A stretch of 63,866 bases of DNA, filler included, from Pseudovirgaria hyperparasitica (GCA_010093815.1; 5 parts of 5 records of this genome joined end to end with filler, not necessarily neighbours in it); one strand, 5' to 3'. Positions 26,453-38,466 are shown, counted from the whole stretch's first letter. Notes: generated by a model from the letters alone, not told the origin. Translations and numbers: made by a program.

Positions 26453-26812
26453 TCATCCCTCTGTCACAATCACATCATCGGCTACCCTATCTCTTCTCTG
26501 AACCAATTTCAACTTCTTGGAACGGGGGCAAGTCTCGAATAGTTTTGGCGTTACGCGAATCGGAATGGGGTAATTCTGGTCCTGTTGGCCTTGTTAGTAC
26601 ATTCTCCCAGATGATCAGCGCCTTCATCTTACTAGCATCTTCAGATCTGTCAGCCAAGAGACACCGTCCTCGGAGTCACATATATAAATCTTTTGACCGC
26701 GCCTTATGACGATGAAGATATCTGCGCCATAACTCTTCTTGAAAAGCACGCCTTTCCGAAGAAAATTGTCTTTAGCCTTGCGGAACTTTTTATTGACCAA
26801 TTTTTGGCCCAT
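26453..26812 (-). CDS. Small divergent MADS-box (SRF-like) protein, ~102 aa; intron 26582-26632
   Basis: KKFRKAKDNFLRKGVLFKKSYGADIFIVIRRGQKIYICDS...W, then a GTAAGA...CTAAC...CAG intron, then DQNYPIPIRVTPKLF...*. Confidence 0.65.
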
Positions 26813-26924
26813 GCTTACGAGTCAGGTAGGGCTATTTCGCATAAAGTACCAAGTTGCGAAGTATACCCCAGGTAAAGAGCTCATCGGGAGTGACTTACGG
26901 TAATGTATGCTCAGTCACTAAGGC

Positions 26925-27150
26925 TTTACTGAGCCGCAGACATTACTGAGCCGCAGACATTACTGAGCCGTCACACCTTACTGCGCCGTCACACTTCACT
27001 GAGCCACTACAATATTCAGCGCTAATATCGTTACGATTGAAACTGAGTCGTGAGAGATTCTGTCCTGGTGACTAGTCGCCAGCTGATCATGAAACCACAT
27101 CGGCTTCCACCTGCCCTTTCCAGCGAAGATTTTCAGAAGTGGACTTGCCT
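26925..27150 (+). repeat. CTGAGCC-array module copy A: five 17-18 nt units plus a conserved leader and the ORF start MKPHRLPPALSSE
   Basis: TTACTGAGCCGCAGACA x2, TTACTGAGCCGTCACACC, TTACTGCGCCGTCACACT, TCACTGAGCC; homologous to copies at ~30.0 kb and ~38.4 kb. Confidence 0.85.
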
Positions 27151-27199
27151 AGGCTTCATATTGAAGTCCTGCCCCAAAGTAGACTGGCCTTTGCACAGT

Positions 27200-27480
27200 C
27201 GACAAGCCTTACCAAACCTGCGACTCGGTACTCTCTTATGGGTCATACTTGATAACAAGGAAGTCTAGAGTATGGACAACCTAGATCTTTTGGCGTTTAT
27301 AGACAGTCAAGGTTATCACAAGTGTGTTTAAGCATTGGGTGGAAAGGACGAGTACTCGAAAGAAGATGGCAACAGCCAAGTACCAGTTCAATACGGGCTA
27401 CTATCTTCTTGCCGTTATTACTGCGTCATCACAAGCTCCCATTCGTCCTTATAACTGTACCTGGCGGGCATATGATCAAA
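27200..27480 (+). pseudogene. Relic paralog of the 30963-31481 protein
   Basis: WVILDNKEV*SMDNLDLLAFIDS and VFKHWVERTSTRKKMATAKYQFNTGYYL align with WLVLDNDEIQEMGDADIVAFVES and VFRHCVSKDENTRKKKKTTSYRFSTGYYL. Confidence 0.65.
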
Positions 27481-28391
27481 CGTTTCTCTTTCTAGTCACC
27501 ATGCCTGTTATATGTAGGACTCCTGCTACATCTCTATAACTTACATTTCATCGCAGCCAGTCTAGAGACTTGCCTCGGAGTGATAGCAATGAATGGGAAC
27601 ACGGACTAAATTAAGCTGTTCAGACTACATGTATATTGCTCAGGTCTTACTTAGCTAGACTAGACAGGACTGTCAATCAACTTTGTCACGCTTTACTCTA
27701 CCGAAGTTCCCAGATTGAGAGGGCGCAGGCTCCACGTGCCTAACGCTGCGTGGCATTTCGCTGATAAACTGCATTATACCTTGCAGTGATGAGGGCGCGC
27801 AGCAAGCTCTTCACTCTCATGCCTAGTAAGATATGGGTCTGCGAGCCGCTGCGTGAACCGTTGAGCAATTGCTTTCACCGTAGAATACTGAGACTCGACT
27901 GAGCCACTCTGGGATCGACACTGGCAAGAACTTACTGAGTCTCTAACGTCGATATACAGAATGGGCCTCTTGCGCGCCCTTCTCCAGGACTCACGCCACT
28001 CGCGCCATTTAGGTCCACCCGAATGCGAATGCGGCAAGAAGATCCTACGTAGTTGAGCGGGAATATCTTTTGTCGCTTCAACGTTTTCATTGATCCTTCC
28101 TTCGTTGAGGTAGTACAAGATCCGGATGGCTTGGAATCCTAAGTTTCGACAAGACTAATGTGTGAAAGGGCGCGGGCTGCTACTGCTTTGGTTCCTGAGG
28201 CGATGAGATCGACAGGGCGCGCACTAAGTCCTCAGCATATCAATGTAAAAGGCTCAGTAACACGGCTTGCCGAGCCACATAAGTATCTCCTCATTCTCCA
28301 TCGAGCGGCTTGTTAATGATCTTCTTGGCTCACTGATCATCAGAAGAAAAAGTCATCTTTTGATAGTTCTCGCGGCAGCATTGAACCAAAG

Positions 28392-28595
28392 ATGAGAGCA
28401 CTTGCGTGTACGGCAGCCCTGGCAATGTCCCTCCTTACGTTGGCAGTCGCAGCAGTGAATCCTACATTATACTCACCGAATTCTAATGCTATGTCTCCGA
28501 CGCAGACGAGCAATGATGACAAACGATCACGTACGTATATACTTAAATGCAGCTCCTATCCAACTACTTACACATATATAGTGCATCGCCTCGGT
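28392..28595 (+). pseudogene. 5' fragment of a secreted-protein gene
   Basis: Signal-peptide-like MRALACTAALAMSLLTLAVAA and a probable intron GTACGT(28531)...ATAG. Part of it is duplicated, inverted, at 9081-9242. Confidence 0.5.
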
Positions 28596-29064
28596 TTCCA
28601 CGGATGCCATGGTTACCATCACGGGCGTCCACCCCCGGACAGTCATTGCTGATTCCATGTTCGGTGCCCTCGCACACTACTTCTAGACTCTCAAATTGAT
28701 CTTGGAAGGGAGTTAAACGATGTTTTCTGTGCGGGGAGGTCCTGGACAGACCTGAGCCGTCTTTGCTTTGTGTAATGTAATGATAGTTAAGATAGGAGGC
28801 TATCACACACAAAAAGAGACCAGCTGCATCAAGGCACCGTATATTAGATCCTGGCTGCATAAACATGTGAAATCGCAGGAGATGTCAAGAAACGTGAATT
28901 AGAGGCCAGTTTTCTTTTGTTATGCCCTCTCAACAGATATGGCGATTGTAGATATATACGAATCTTGCATATGTGTTGGTTTTTTAATAATGCAAAAGAC
29001 AGTGCAAGGAGTGCGAAGTGTGTTCACAGAGCACTTTAGTCTACCTCGCGGTATATTTGAACCG

Positions 29065-29380
29065 GGCTGTCAGTTCTAGTAGTAGAATTGAAGTTGAGTG
29101 AAGTTTAGTAGATAGTCTGTCTAGAGTGAAGAAATAGCGTAAAAATACGGTAAATTTAAGTCTATATAGAAGATTTTCGTACGCCTAGACGACTTTTATA
29201 TACCTAGATATATACTTAAGAGTACTAAGTCGTCTAAAACGTCTATTCGTTAAGTAACTATTAGTACTCGATGGAAGTTTTGGCCCGAAAAACCAGTTCT
29301 AGGCTCTAGCGTAGGTCATCGCAGAGGCGGGTCAGAATCTTAGTAGGATAAAGCTCAGGATTCGACTTTTTGGAATATCC
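29065..29380 (+). mobile_element. Partial copy of the 46240-46742 non-autonomous element
   Basis: Shares GAGTACTAAGTCGTCTAAAACGTCTAT...TCGTTAAGTAACTA and AATTGAAGTTGA with the 46.2-46.7 kb element; AT-rich. Confidence 0.7.
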
Positions 29381-29425
29381 TTGGACAGGAACTCTTTCGG
29401 CCAGAGCACTGCATTGTTTCAGCAC

Positions 29426-30022
29426 TCACTTTACCTCTGCTTTCTCTCCACAATACCACGTACTTAACCCATACGGCGCCATATTCACGGGTTTTGAAGG
29501 GTCGAGATTGTCAATAGAGCTTGAGCTGACTTGTACCGTACATAATCGGGAAGTACTAGTTATATTGATAGGACCTGACTTCTTTTCCAAGTCAAATGCT
29601 CGAGCATCCAGCCGAGTAGAACAGAGCTGGAGCTGATCTATCCAATACTCTTCCTGGGTAATACGAAGCTCGAGCAATGCTACCTGCTCAGGGAGTCCAT
29701 GATATGGGTCTATCTGGACGACCCGAGGCTCACATTCTCTCCAAGAGATATCTTCTGACGTGGTGTTCCATGTTGCGGTCGTCTCCTGCAGCGACTCCCA
29801 GTTTTCTTGTTGGAACTCGATTGGCCACGGAGATTGACATTGTCCCCTCAGAAGATCCAAGTCCGGCTCGAAGGAGTATTCATTGACGTCAGCGAACAAG
29901 TCGGAGGAGTTGCAGAATGCCTGGATCGTGTGAGTAATCCAAGGCAGACGTCGGAGATGGGGGCAAGTCCACTTCTGAAATGCTTCGCTAGAAAGAGCAG
30001 GTGCAAGCCAATGTAGTTTCAT
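29426..30022 (-). CDS. Hypothetical protein starting within CTGAGCC module copy B
   Basis: 198 aa ORF MKLHWLAPALSSEAFQKWTC...; the same N-terminus occurs at 27089 and 38344. The 3' end abuts a TE fragment and may be truncated. Confidence 0.5.
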   Translation of the reverse strand: MKLHWLAPALSSEAFQKWTCPHLRRLPWITHTIQAFCNSSDLFADVNEYSFEPDLDLLRGQCQSPWPIEFQQENWESLQETTATWNTTSEDISWRECEPRVVQIDPYHGLPEQVALLELRITQEEYWIDQLQLCSTRLDARAFDLEKKSGPINITSTSRLCTVQVSSSSIDNLDPSKPVNMAPYGLSTWYCGEKAEVK

Positions 30023-30153
30023 GATCAGCTAGCAACTAGTCACCAGGAAAGAATCTCTCACGGCTCGGCTTCACTCGTAACGATACTAGCGCTCAATAGT
30101 GTAGTGGCTCAATAAAGTCTGACGGCGCAGTAAAGTATGACGGCTCAGTAAAG
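29963..30153 (-). repeat. CTGAGCC-array module copy B
   Basis: Reverse complement aligns with 26960-27150 and includes three GGCTCA/GGCGCA units. Confidence 0.85.
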
Positions 30154-30962
30154 TGTTGCTTCAAGAATTCGTGCCTCTGTAGTCATGTTGTCTAGAAGAT
30201 GGCGATAAGCTCCTAGGTGGTACAAGAGTTTCTCAAAGATTCATATGCATGATGCACTGTACTTTCTTACTAGCGGACGCTGTGATTGATGGAGAACAAG
30301 CACTGTATTGTTTACTGAGTCCTCCGCGACAGTCGAAAGGCTCACTGCTAACCAGCTTAGTAGATCTTGTTACAGGGCCGTAAAGTACGAAGACTCGCCT
30401 AGAAGTCGGTCCACTGGTTGCCTGCTTACTGAGCCTTACAGAGACGCTTCCTGCGCGCCCTGTAGCTCTCATCACTGCAGGGATCAATCAACTTATACCT
30501 AGTACGATACATCAGCGAAATGGCACACAGCGTCGGCATGTGGGGCCTGCGCCTTTTCAGACTGCCTCTTCCGGACATCAGTATTTTCGAAACTTAGTAT
30601 TTAAAGCACTTTTAGTTGTACTTACGCCCGGCAGAAATCTGGAGGGTACTGACTTTCTAGCGTCCGCCTTGACAGCAAGATGCAGTCGCAAACGCCTCTC
30701 GAACCATTGTCAGCGACTTCCCTAGGAGCAGAAACAGAGTGTGAAGTCCTCTCAGATGACCCCTATGCTATCTACATACCCCAGCAGCTCAATTATTCCG
30801 GGTTGCCTTCTAGGACTTCGAACGAGGTCTGTGGCTCCTACTACCCAGATATGTCAGTAGCCGAAGATCCATAGAACCCAGTATCGGACGCATCAGTTGA
30901 CCTAGGGCAGCGATTGGACGGGTCAAATTAGCGGCAATCCAGCGACAAGCGTTCAATTCAAT

Positions 30963-31481
30963 GTGGATTGGAATATGCCTTTGGCCAATTACCCGCCAGC
31001 GTCTCATTCAGTCGCAGTACAGACGCACCATCGACGGCAGAGAGCGACTACTAGCTACGTGTGCGAGATACCTGTGGAGACAAATACTGGCTGGTCGCAG
31101 TGTTCTAAGCAGTTTCGGAAGGAGAATCGCTATCTACGACACTTTGGGTCACACCTGGTGCCAAGTAGCAATAGTCTCTACCTGCCATGGCTTGTGCTTG
31201 ACAACGACGAAATTCAGGAAATGGGTGATGCAGACATTGTGGCGTTTGTGGAGAGCCTTCGGTCGGACATGTTGAGCGCAAAGCAATGGAATAATTTTAT
31301 TACTGCTGTTCAGAAAGCGAAGCCTACCGAGGAGGCTATGAAGATTATCGTGACGGTGTTTAGACACTGCGTTAGTAAAGACGAGAACACCCGTAAGAAG
31401 AAGAAAACGACAAGTTATCGATTTAGCACAGGCTATTACCTATGTAATGGAATCCACGAGCCCTTCGACGGCAATAAGTAG
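30963..31481 (+). CDS. Small protein with an atypical C2H2 Zn finger and basic C-terminus
   Basis: YVCEIP...QCSKQFRKENRYLRHFGSH (C-x12-C-x3-F-x5-Y-x2-H-x3-H) and RKKKK. The start may lie further upstream. Confidence 0.6.
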   Translation: MDWNMPLANYPPASHSVAVQTHHRRQRATTSYVCEIPVETNTGWSQCSKQFRKENRYLRHFGSHLVPSSNSLYLPWLVLDNDEIQEMGDADIVAFVESLRSDMLSAKQWNNFITAVQKAKPTEEAMKIIVTVFRHCVSKDENTRKKKKTTSYRFSTGYYLCNGIHEPFDGNK

Positions 31482-32027
31482 GATCTGCATTGGCCGGAGA
31501 AGTTATTCAACAATTTAATCTCAGTTCCCACTCATCGTTCTTATTGTAATGACTCCAGATATCGGAGAGAGCAAGGTGTTAGACACGACTTGTGAATTAA
31601 GTTAGAGGAGGAATAGACGAAGTGAGAAATGTGCCTCTGTACATGAAGCTCACTCCGCTCATCCGACGATCGTCGATTCCCTGTGGCATTAATTGACGGC
31701 ACGATCATCTGAATTCCCGGAGATCAATGATGCTTCGACTCACTCTATTGGCCCTGTCCGCGTGCTCGGTACCAAAAGATCATCAATATGATCTCGCCTA
31801 ACAGCAGGAAGAAGTGGGTGATGTACATGGTCTCCGCTGGAGCTAGGGCTCAAACTTACGTTGTGATTATGGCTAATAGTATTGTGAGACTATAGGGGAG
31901 ACATAGTGCTGTGACACACTCCCAAGANNNNNNNNNNNNNNNNNNNNNNNNNNNNNNNNNNNNNNNNNNNNTTAATTAATTAANNNNNNNNNNNNNNNNN
32001 NNNNNNNNNNNNNNNNNNNNNNNNNNN

Positions 32028-34875
32028 GACTAAGCTGAGGGTAGTCATCTTGACGAGCTATCCAGAAGGCTATTGGCGCGTTGGCCCATTTACTATCATG
32101 GCCGACAGGAGGCTCACGTCGCCAGCGGATAAGCTCATCCTCAATAACCTCATACTGTTCTTCCTCGGGTAACTCGGAGTGCTGAGAGATGAAGCTATCA
32201 ATATCCGTGGTGATAGGGTCGTGATGTACCACTCACGGTGTTGTAGGTGATACCAATGTCTGTATAGGCTCCTCGCCAGTTGACTGTCTCTTATGCCACT
32301 GCCAATATTGCTTGAAGATAGACTCAGCATCTTCGAAGTCATCCCACGCGCTTCGACAGAAGGTCTTGAGGTTTGGATGAAGGTTTGTAGCAGCGTAATA
32401 CGCGGGAGACTCATTGAGTGCTATGAAGTATTTATTCATCTTCAGCCAGCCGTTGTTGATAGCAATAATCATGTGGTCTCCGTCAGCAAGTGTCTCCGTC
32501 GTCATCTCATCTTCATTCATCAAATCAGGGACCATATACCGTATTTTGAGTCTCTCGAAGTGCTCCATGAGGTAGGTAACAATAGGGATGACTTTCCAGA
32601 TAGCCCCGAACTCACTATTAGGCCTACGTCCCTCTAGGCGACGAGTAGCAACTCGGAGTGGTAGTAGTAACTCGAGGTATTGTTCTATCACGTCCCAATC
32701 ATAGTGAGTAAGGCCGCCAACCTGGACAAATAGAGGCTCCTGGCTCCGACTGTCGAGTCTCTTAGGAGTCTTCATTGGTGGAGCTATAGGAGACTCAATA
32801 GACTCATCATCATCAGCCTGAGTCTCAAGATAGCGCCTTGAACGCTTTCTTGAAGTACCAGGCTGGTAGCCTGATTGGGTGTGTCTGTTTCTCTCACGAG
32901 CTGCCTTTACGCGTATAGCTTCCTTACGCTTCATTTCTACCTCCTTAACTCTCTCACGTTGTATGACTAGGTTGATATAGTATTGAGAAAACTGGTTGAG
33001 GGCTTCTCTAAGCTTGATTGCTCGTTCGATCGCGGATATGTGGCTATTCCAGCGTGTCTTCACAGGTGTGATGACATCTAGTGGCTTAAAATGAGGGTCT
33101 ATAAGAGTAAACGTAAGTAATAGAATAAATACTGTAGAGTGACGTACCCGGCGTAGGTAGACTATTATTAATGTCTCTCTGAATGTCGTGGAATCGTCGT
33201 AGGCGTTCTGGTGTATTAATATGCCAGATGATGGCGAAAAGAGTACGAAGAGGCCCAAATTTACGCCATTCATCAATCAATATATCCTCATCTTTGGAAT
33301 CTGGTGCGTCTTCATAGGCGAGCTTATCCTTCCCAAATAGGATACTCTTTGCGACGAGGTTGATCATGTGACAGAAGCACCGAATACGAAGATTTGGGTG
33401 CCAATCGTCCTCATTACTAGCTCCTATCTGGAGTTCCTCACAGATATACTCTATAGCGGTATCGTTGTTTGACGCAGAATCGAGGACGAAGTAGCCGAGG
33501 TTCTTTGAATTGAGGTTGTATTGATTAAGCGTAGAGAGAGTGAGTTCGGCGTAATTTGAGCCTGTATGGGCACCTATTATCTCAGGTATATCGAGGAGGA
33601 AGTCGTGAAATTCGCCTAATATGGATAGTATATTTGTCAGCATCTTATTCCTCATAGACTCAACTTCATACTGGACTTATTACTCACCTTCTGCGCCTAT
33701 AAAATGGACACAATACCCCATAAGTGCGAATCTCTGTTGACGTGTCGTCCAGCCATCAAAGGAGACATGTATCCTTGATAATGCTCCAGCCATGGCCTCA
33801 GTAAGTACACCAATATTGGCTTGATGTGTACTAATAATATCGCGACGTAGTGTAACTCGTCCAACAAGCTGTTCTGCTGCGTGTGGATTCGCAGCTCGAA
33901 TCATCTCGATGAAGAAAGGACTCTCTATCTCCTTCAAGGCGTGGTTACTACATACAATCCACTTCAGTACCTTTCTCGCGAATGTATCTGCGCGGTAAGC
34001 TTCGATAATGGCGTTTGCCGTAGCCTAACTGACGCCAGGCCCATTGATGAGTCGCTGAAGCACAGAAGGAGTATTATCTACTACACCATCACGGGTAATA
34101 CCATGGACTTGGTCCATATGACGGCCAGCAGCTGAAGTCTGTTGAGTGGCGTGGTATATCCCCATAAGATGAAGCTTTTTTAGATCGTGACAACGGTAAT
34201 AAACCCAGTAGATTCGACCTGTTTTCTCGCGCTCAACCCTATACCCACGACGCCATAGCCAGCTCGGTTCACCACGAGTTGAGAGACGCTCAGTAGGGAT
34301 ACGATATCCGTGGAGACGCGTCCAGTCAGTAGTCTCATAGCCTTCGGGAGACTCGAAGTCAAAGCTAGTATTACTCAAGTCATCTCGACGAGCACGTGCC
34401 ATTATCAGAGTATCACCAGAAATAGGCACTGCTGGCAGTATATTGAGCGATTCGGCAGAGGAAGGTAGAACACGCATGTCGACGTGATGAACAAGGTTCT
34501 TCAGACAGGTAAAAACGCGTGCTAATGGATATATATTGGGAATATCTGACATTAGCAGACATAGCGTATATATGGCATATCTACTCGATTCGTAACCCTG
34601 GCCGATTCGAAGAGATTTCACGTCGCCGACCACACTCAACCCTAGAACCTGTCTACATTCGACTAATATGGGCATATACAGTGTCTCATATTACACGTCT
34701 CCGAGCAAACAACCTCCCTTACGTCGTAGAGTCGGGTATATATGAGAAACTCACCACCAGAACCTTACCAAAATCGACTAATATGCTATATATAGAGCCT
34801 CACGTTACATACCCGTCGGCAAAGTAATATCCGCCCTCTACGGACCCACATATTCAATCTAACACAAGCAATCTG
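32028..34875 (-). mobile_element. hAT-family DNA transposon; transposase from the ATG at 34402, two introns, two in-frame stops, 3' end in a gap
   Basis: BED-like SWLWRRG...C...H...H, SFDGWT, HTGSNYA, VLDSASNND, RCFCHMINL, TRWNS, YYAATNLHP and the dimerisation region FWIARQDDYPQLS. TAG at 34025 and TGA at 32233. The 5' end (CAG at ~34875) is tentative. Confidence 0.9.
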
Positions 34876-35497
34876 ACCAATCGTATTGAGATTGTACCGT
34901 CTTGGCACTCATTTTGAGGCGTGGATTGAGCTTGTATTCTCTATCAAAATTTTGGCCCAGATTGAGATTGCATAGATTCGGTTTGTATATGCCCATCTCT
35001 GGCCTTCACACACCAGTATAGCGCGCACTATCGATGGTAGAGCCGCCCAATACTTAAGCATAATCAGAGTGTAGATATCTACTAAAGGCAGGCAGAAACA
35101 TCTCTCTAGGGTCGTGGTATGCATCTGTTTTCGACAGCAGTCTATCTCAGAGATGATGCGCTCGATGTCTGTTGCTTTCCGCAGCATCTTTCAGGGCGAC
35201 ATTGTTGTTCGCAGGATCGTTCGTGTCTCACAACGACAGCAGACATAAATACACTGCACTGGTTGTGGTCCGGCCCATTTTTATTCCTGGTACCAAAAAT
35301 AGCCGTAATGTGGAAGGGCGCTCAAGACGCTTCACACATTGCGCCCCAAGAGATGATGGGGTGTCATACACATTCAGAATGCCTGCACCGCGAAGTCTAA
35401 ATGCACGCCTTAACCTCGTTGCCCTCTTCTACTGAGCTTCGTGCACCGTATCTAAACCCCTTCTCTTAAGTGTAACACTGCAGCATCTTCAAAAGTC

Positions 35498-37028
35498 ATG
35501 CTAAAGTTTGCTCTCCCAGTGATTCTGACCTTCTTAGGCATAGCGAGAAGCGTATCCCAGCAAGATGCTCAGTCACCTCGATTGGTCATGTACTATGATC
35601 AGTAAGCATATCCTGAAGCAACTTCAGGCGGCGCACAACACTAAACGGGCATCAGATGGCATCCGAATGCCTCGATGGATTTGATATGTTCCAAAGGAGT
35701 CACGCATGTTATATTGTCGTTCATGCTAAGCCACCACCTTAACAACGAAACATTCGATCCACTGTGGACGGCTAATGAACCTGGCCATAAATGGCATGTC
35801 AATGCATTGAAAAGCCTGAAAGTGAATTGCCCCGATGTCAAAGTCAGTCTTGCGGTTGGCGGATGGAACGACGACCCCGAAATCGGTTGGCGGAAGACCA
35901 TAGAGAGCGACGCTAATCTGTCTTTGTTCGTACATAATCTCCACAGAGTTCTCTATGGCGATTTCCCCATATTCGAAAACCATCAATTCGATGGAGTTGG
36001 TAAGCAAGTCCCTTCAAACTTCCTGTTGGAATGCTATTGATCGCCGTAGATATCGACTGGGAATATCCAGGCGGGAATGCTGTTGACTACAAGAGTAACC
36101 CACAGGCCGCAGACCGTTTGCTCGGCGAAACGGACGGTTACGCCAAGCTTCTTCAGGCTATTCACGCCGATCTATCACCAGACGGAAAACATTTGTCCAT
36201 TGCAGTTCCAGGAAGGCCTAGTGACATGCTCGTCTTCGAAGACAGTGCCAAGGCTAAAACGATATTTGAGTCCGTGGACTTCGTCAATCTAATGACATAT
36301 GACCTTTACAATCGACGAGATAACATCACCGCCCATCACTCCTCGGTGGAAGGCACCTTGGCTACGGCGAACGCATATCTCGAAAAGGGACTACTTCCGG
36401 GCAAGATCAATCTCGGGTTTGCACTGTATGCTAAGTGGGCTCATGTAAGCGGCATCTGTACTAAGCTGGGTGGGCTTGGCTGCGATACGTTTGCCCTGGA
36501 AGACAGCCAAGGAGCAGATACCTTTCAATCCGGCTCCATGACTTTCGAAATGAAGAACACGTTAGACGTCCCTCAGAGCTTCTCTGTGCCGGATGGTGGT
36601 CGCTGCGGCCCCGGTACTGGAGCCAAATGTAGTCCGGGCTTCTGCTGCTCCAGCAAGGGCTGGTGGTGTGTACGACGCCGTTGTTAATGCTCTAGAGAAC
36701 TAACTCAAGTTCTAGTGGCGACACTCCCGAGCACTGTGGCTATGGTAGATGCAATCCTCCATATAGCGGCTCCGACAGCTGCCAAGGTCCTGACCTCTGG
36801 AAATCCTGGAAAGCCGCGCTCGCAGATCCTATAGACGACAGTCATGCTGGTGGATACACCTACTTTGATCCGACTGATGCTCTATTCTGGACGTGGGACC
36901 CAATAAAGTATGTGCAGCTAAAGATAGATCGCATAGTAAAAGACAAATGCTTAGGTGGCGCGATGGCGTGGAGTTTTGGAGAAGAGAATGCAAGTCTACC
37001 GGACCATATCTCGGCCCTAAGCAACTGA
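35498..37028 (+). CDS. Secreted GH18 chitinase with internal CBM18 (hevein) domain; introns 35602-35655, 36000-36049, 36666-36715
   Basis: Signal peptide MLKFALPVILTFLGIA, then KVSLAVGGW, spliced FDGVDIDWEYP, NLMTYDL, CGPGTGAKCSPGFCCSSKGWCGDTPEHC and LGGAMAWSFGE. Confidence 0.92.
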
Positions 37029-37461
37029 CGCCGTCGACAAATCCTTCTAGTATCAGTCAGGTTGGTCAACCAACAGGCGTTGTAGTAAACGTAAACGCCG
37101 GCAGCGAGCCACTACAGCCTTCACCGTCGAAAGAGTACCAGATGGTGGAGTCGTAGACTTGGTGGTTACCCTAACAGCAGATTTTACGCCGCCTCCTGTG
37201 GTCACCATCGTAACTTGGATAACGCAGGTGGGCTAGCTTTGCATCATTGTGCCCTGATTCCCCCAGACATTATTGAGAGTCACATGGAATAGAAATGACG
37301 TGTTTTGACTTGCTGTAACACAGTTTCTGATAAGAACCTTCATAGGAAATTAATGAAGCTCTTCCCTCCTTGGCATGACTATCTCTATCTCTTACATGAA
37401 GGTGTCATCTGCCTCTCGACTTAGCGACTGCTCACGAACATTCGACCTCAATGTAGAGCAG

Positions 37462-37850
37462 TCAGATGCATCCGACTTGCCATTCCGATCGTGCTGTCTC
37501 AAGGGACTGTTCTGCCGTGTTGGAGCGTAGTATGCCTTGCTGATAACGGAACTGATCCTCGACGTGCTTGGCGCTCCAGAAGTCGTGCAACAAGTACCCC
37601 TGCGTGTGCAGATTGATTGGGTCCATCCTTTGGCCTTTCCAGCGAACCCGATACAATAGGTTATTCTGTATCTCTATATGACTTGGCTTCTTCCATGGGA
37701 AGCCATCTCTAAGACGCAGCTGGTGAATCAAGGGCAACACGCGACTAAGCTCCTTGCCACGCAGTATTCTCTGCTTGAATCGAACTCGATACGCTCTGCC
37801 ATCATAGCTTAGTATCTCCACCGGTTTGTTCCAGGCTCTATTGTATGGTT
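37462..37850 (-). CDS. Possible tandem chromo-like domain protein (last exon or relic)
   Basis: PVEILSYDGRAYRVRFK...LIHQL and KPSHIEIQNNLLYRVRWKG...LLHDFW resemble the chromodomain Y-x-V-R-W-K core. No clear ATG. Confidence 0.35.
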
Positions 37851-38289
37851 CACAAGTGGTACTAGATCTGTGGGTTGTAAGTGTAAATCAACAGAAGATA
37901 CCGAACGACTTACGGGGCCTCCTCACTGCATGCTTCAGAGCTCGACCAAGACATACGACTGGTACTAATCTGACTTGTGTACATTGTGGGAGTGTTACTG
38001 AGCTTTTGTGTCTTCGCACAAGTGTAGTTGATGCTAGATGCTACAGTGTCTATTTCATTTATTCTTAACATGCGTGAGGGGTGAAGCTTATAAATTAAAG
38101 TATGCTATCCATCTCCTCCCCGCTGGGTTGGCTACCAACGACTAAGCCGCTACGGAATTGACGCTGCCAAGAACCTACTGAGCCTCCTACCACAGTACGT
38201 GGACATGCAGAGAGCTTCCTGTGCGCCCTCATCACTGCAGTTTAACAGGTGAATGGCACACAGCGTTGGGCTTGCGCCCTTCCAACGTG

Positions 38290-38466
38290 GGAACTTCTGA
38301 AATTCTTCGCTGGAAAGAGCGGGTGGAAGCCGATGTGGTTTCATGATCAGCTGGCGACTACAGTTTCAATCGTAACGATATTAGCGCTGAATAGTGTAGT
38401 GGCTCAGTAAAGTGTGACGGCGCAGTAAGGTGTGACGGCTCAGTAAAGTCTGCGGCTCAGTAAAGC
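38290..38466 (-). repeat. CTGAGCC-array module copy C
   Basis: Four GGCTCAGTAA/GGCGCAGTAA units, the leader, and MKPHRLPPALSSEEFQK. Confidence 0.85.

Noticed and set aside
26925..27007. CRISPR-like appearance of the short repeat arrays (also 41270-41360)
   Set aside because: Eukaryotic context, no unique spacers and no cas genes; these are tandem motifs.
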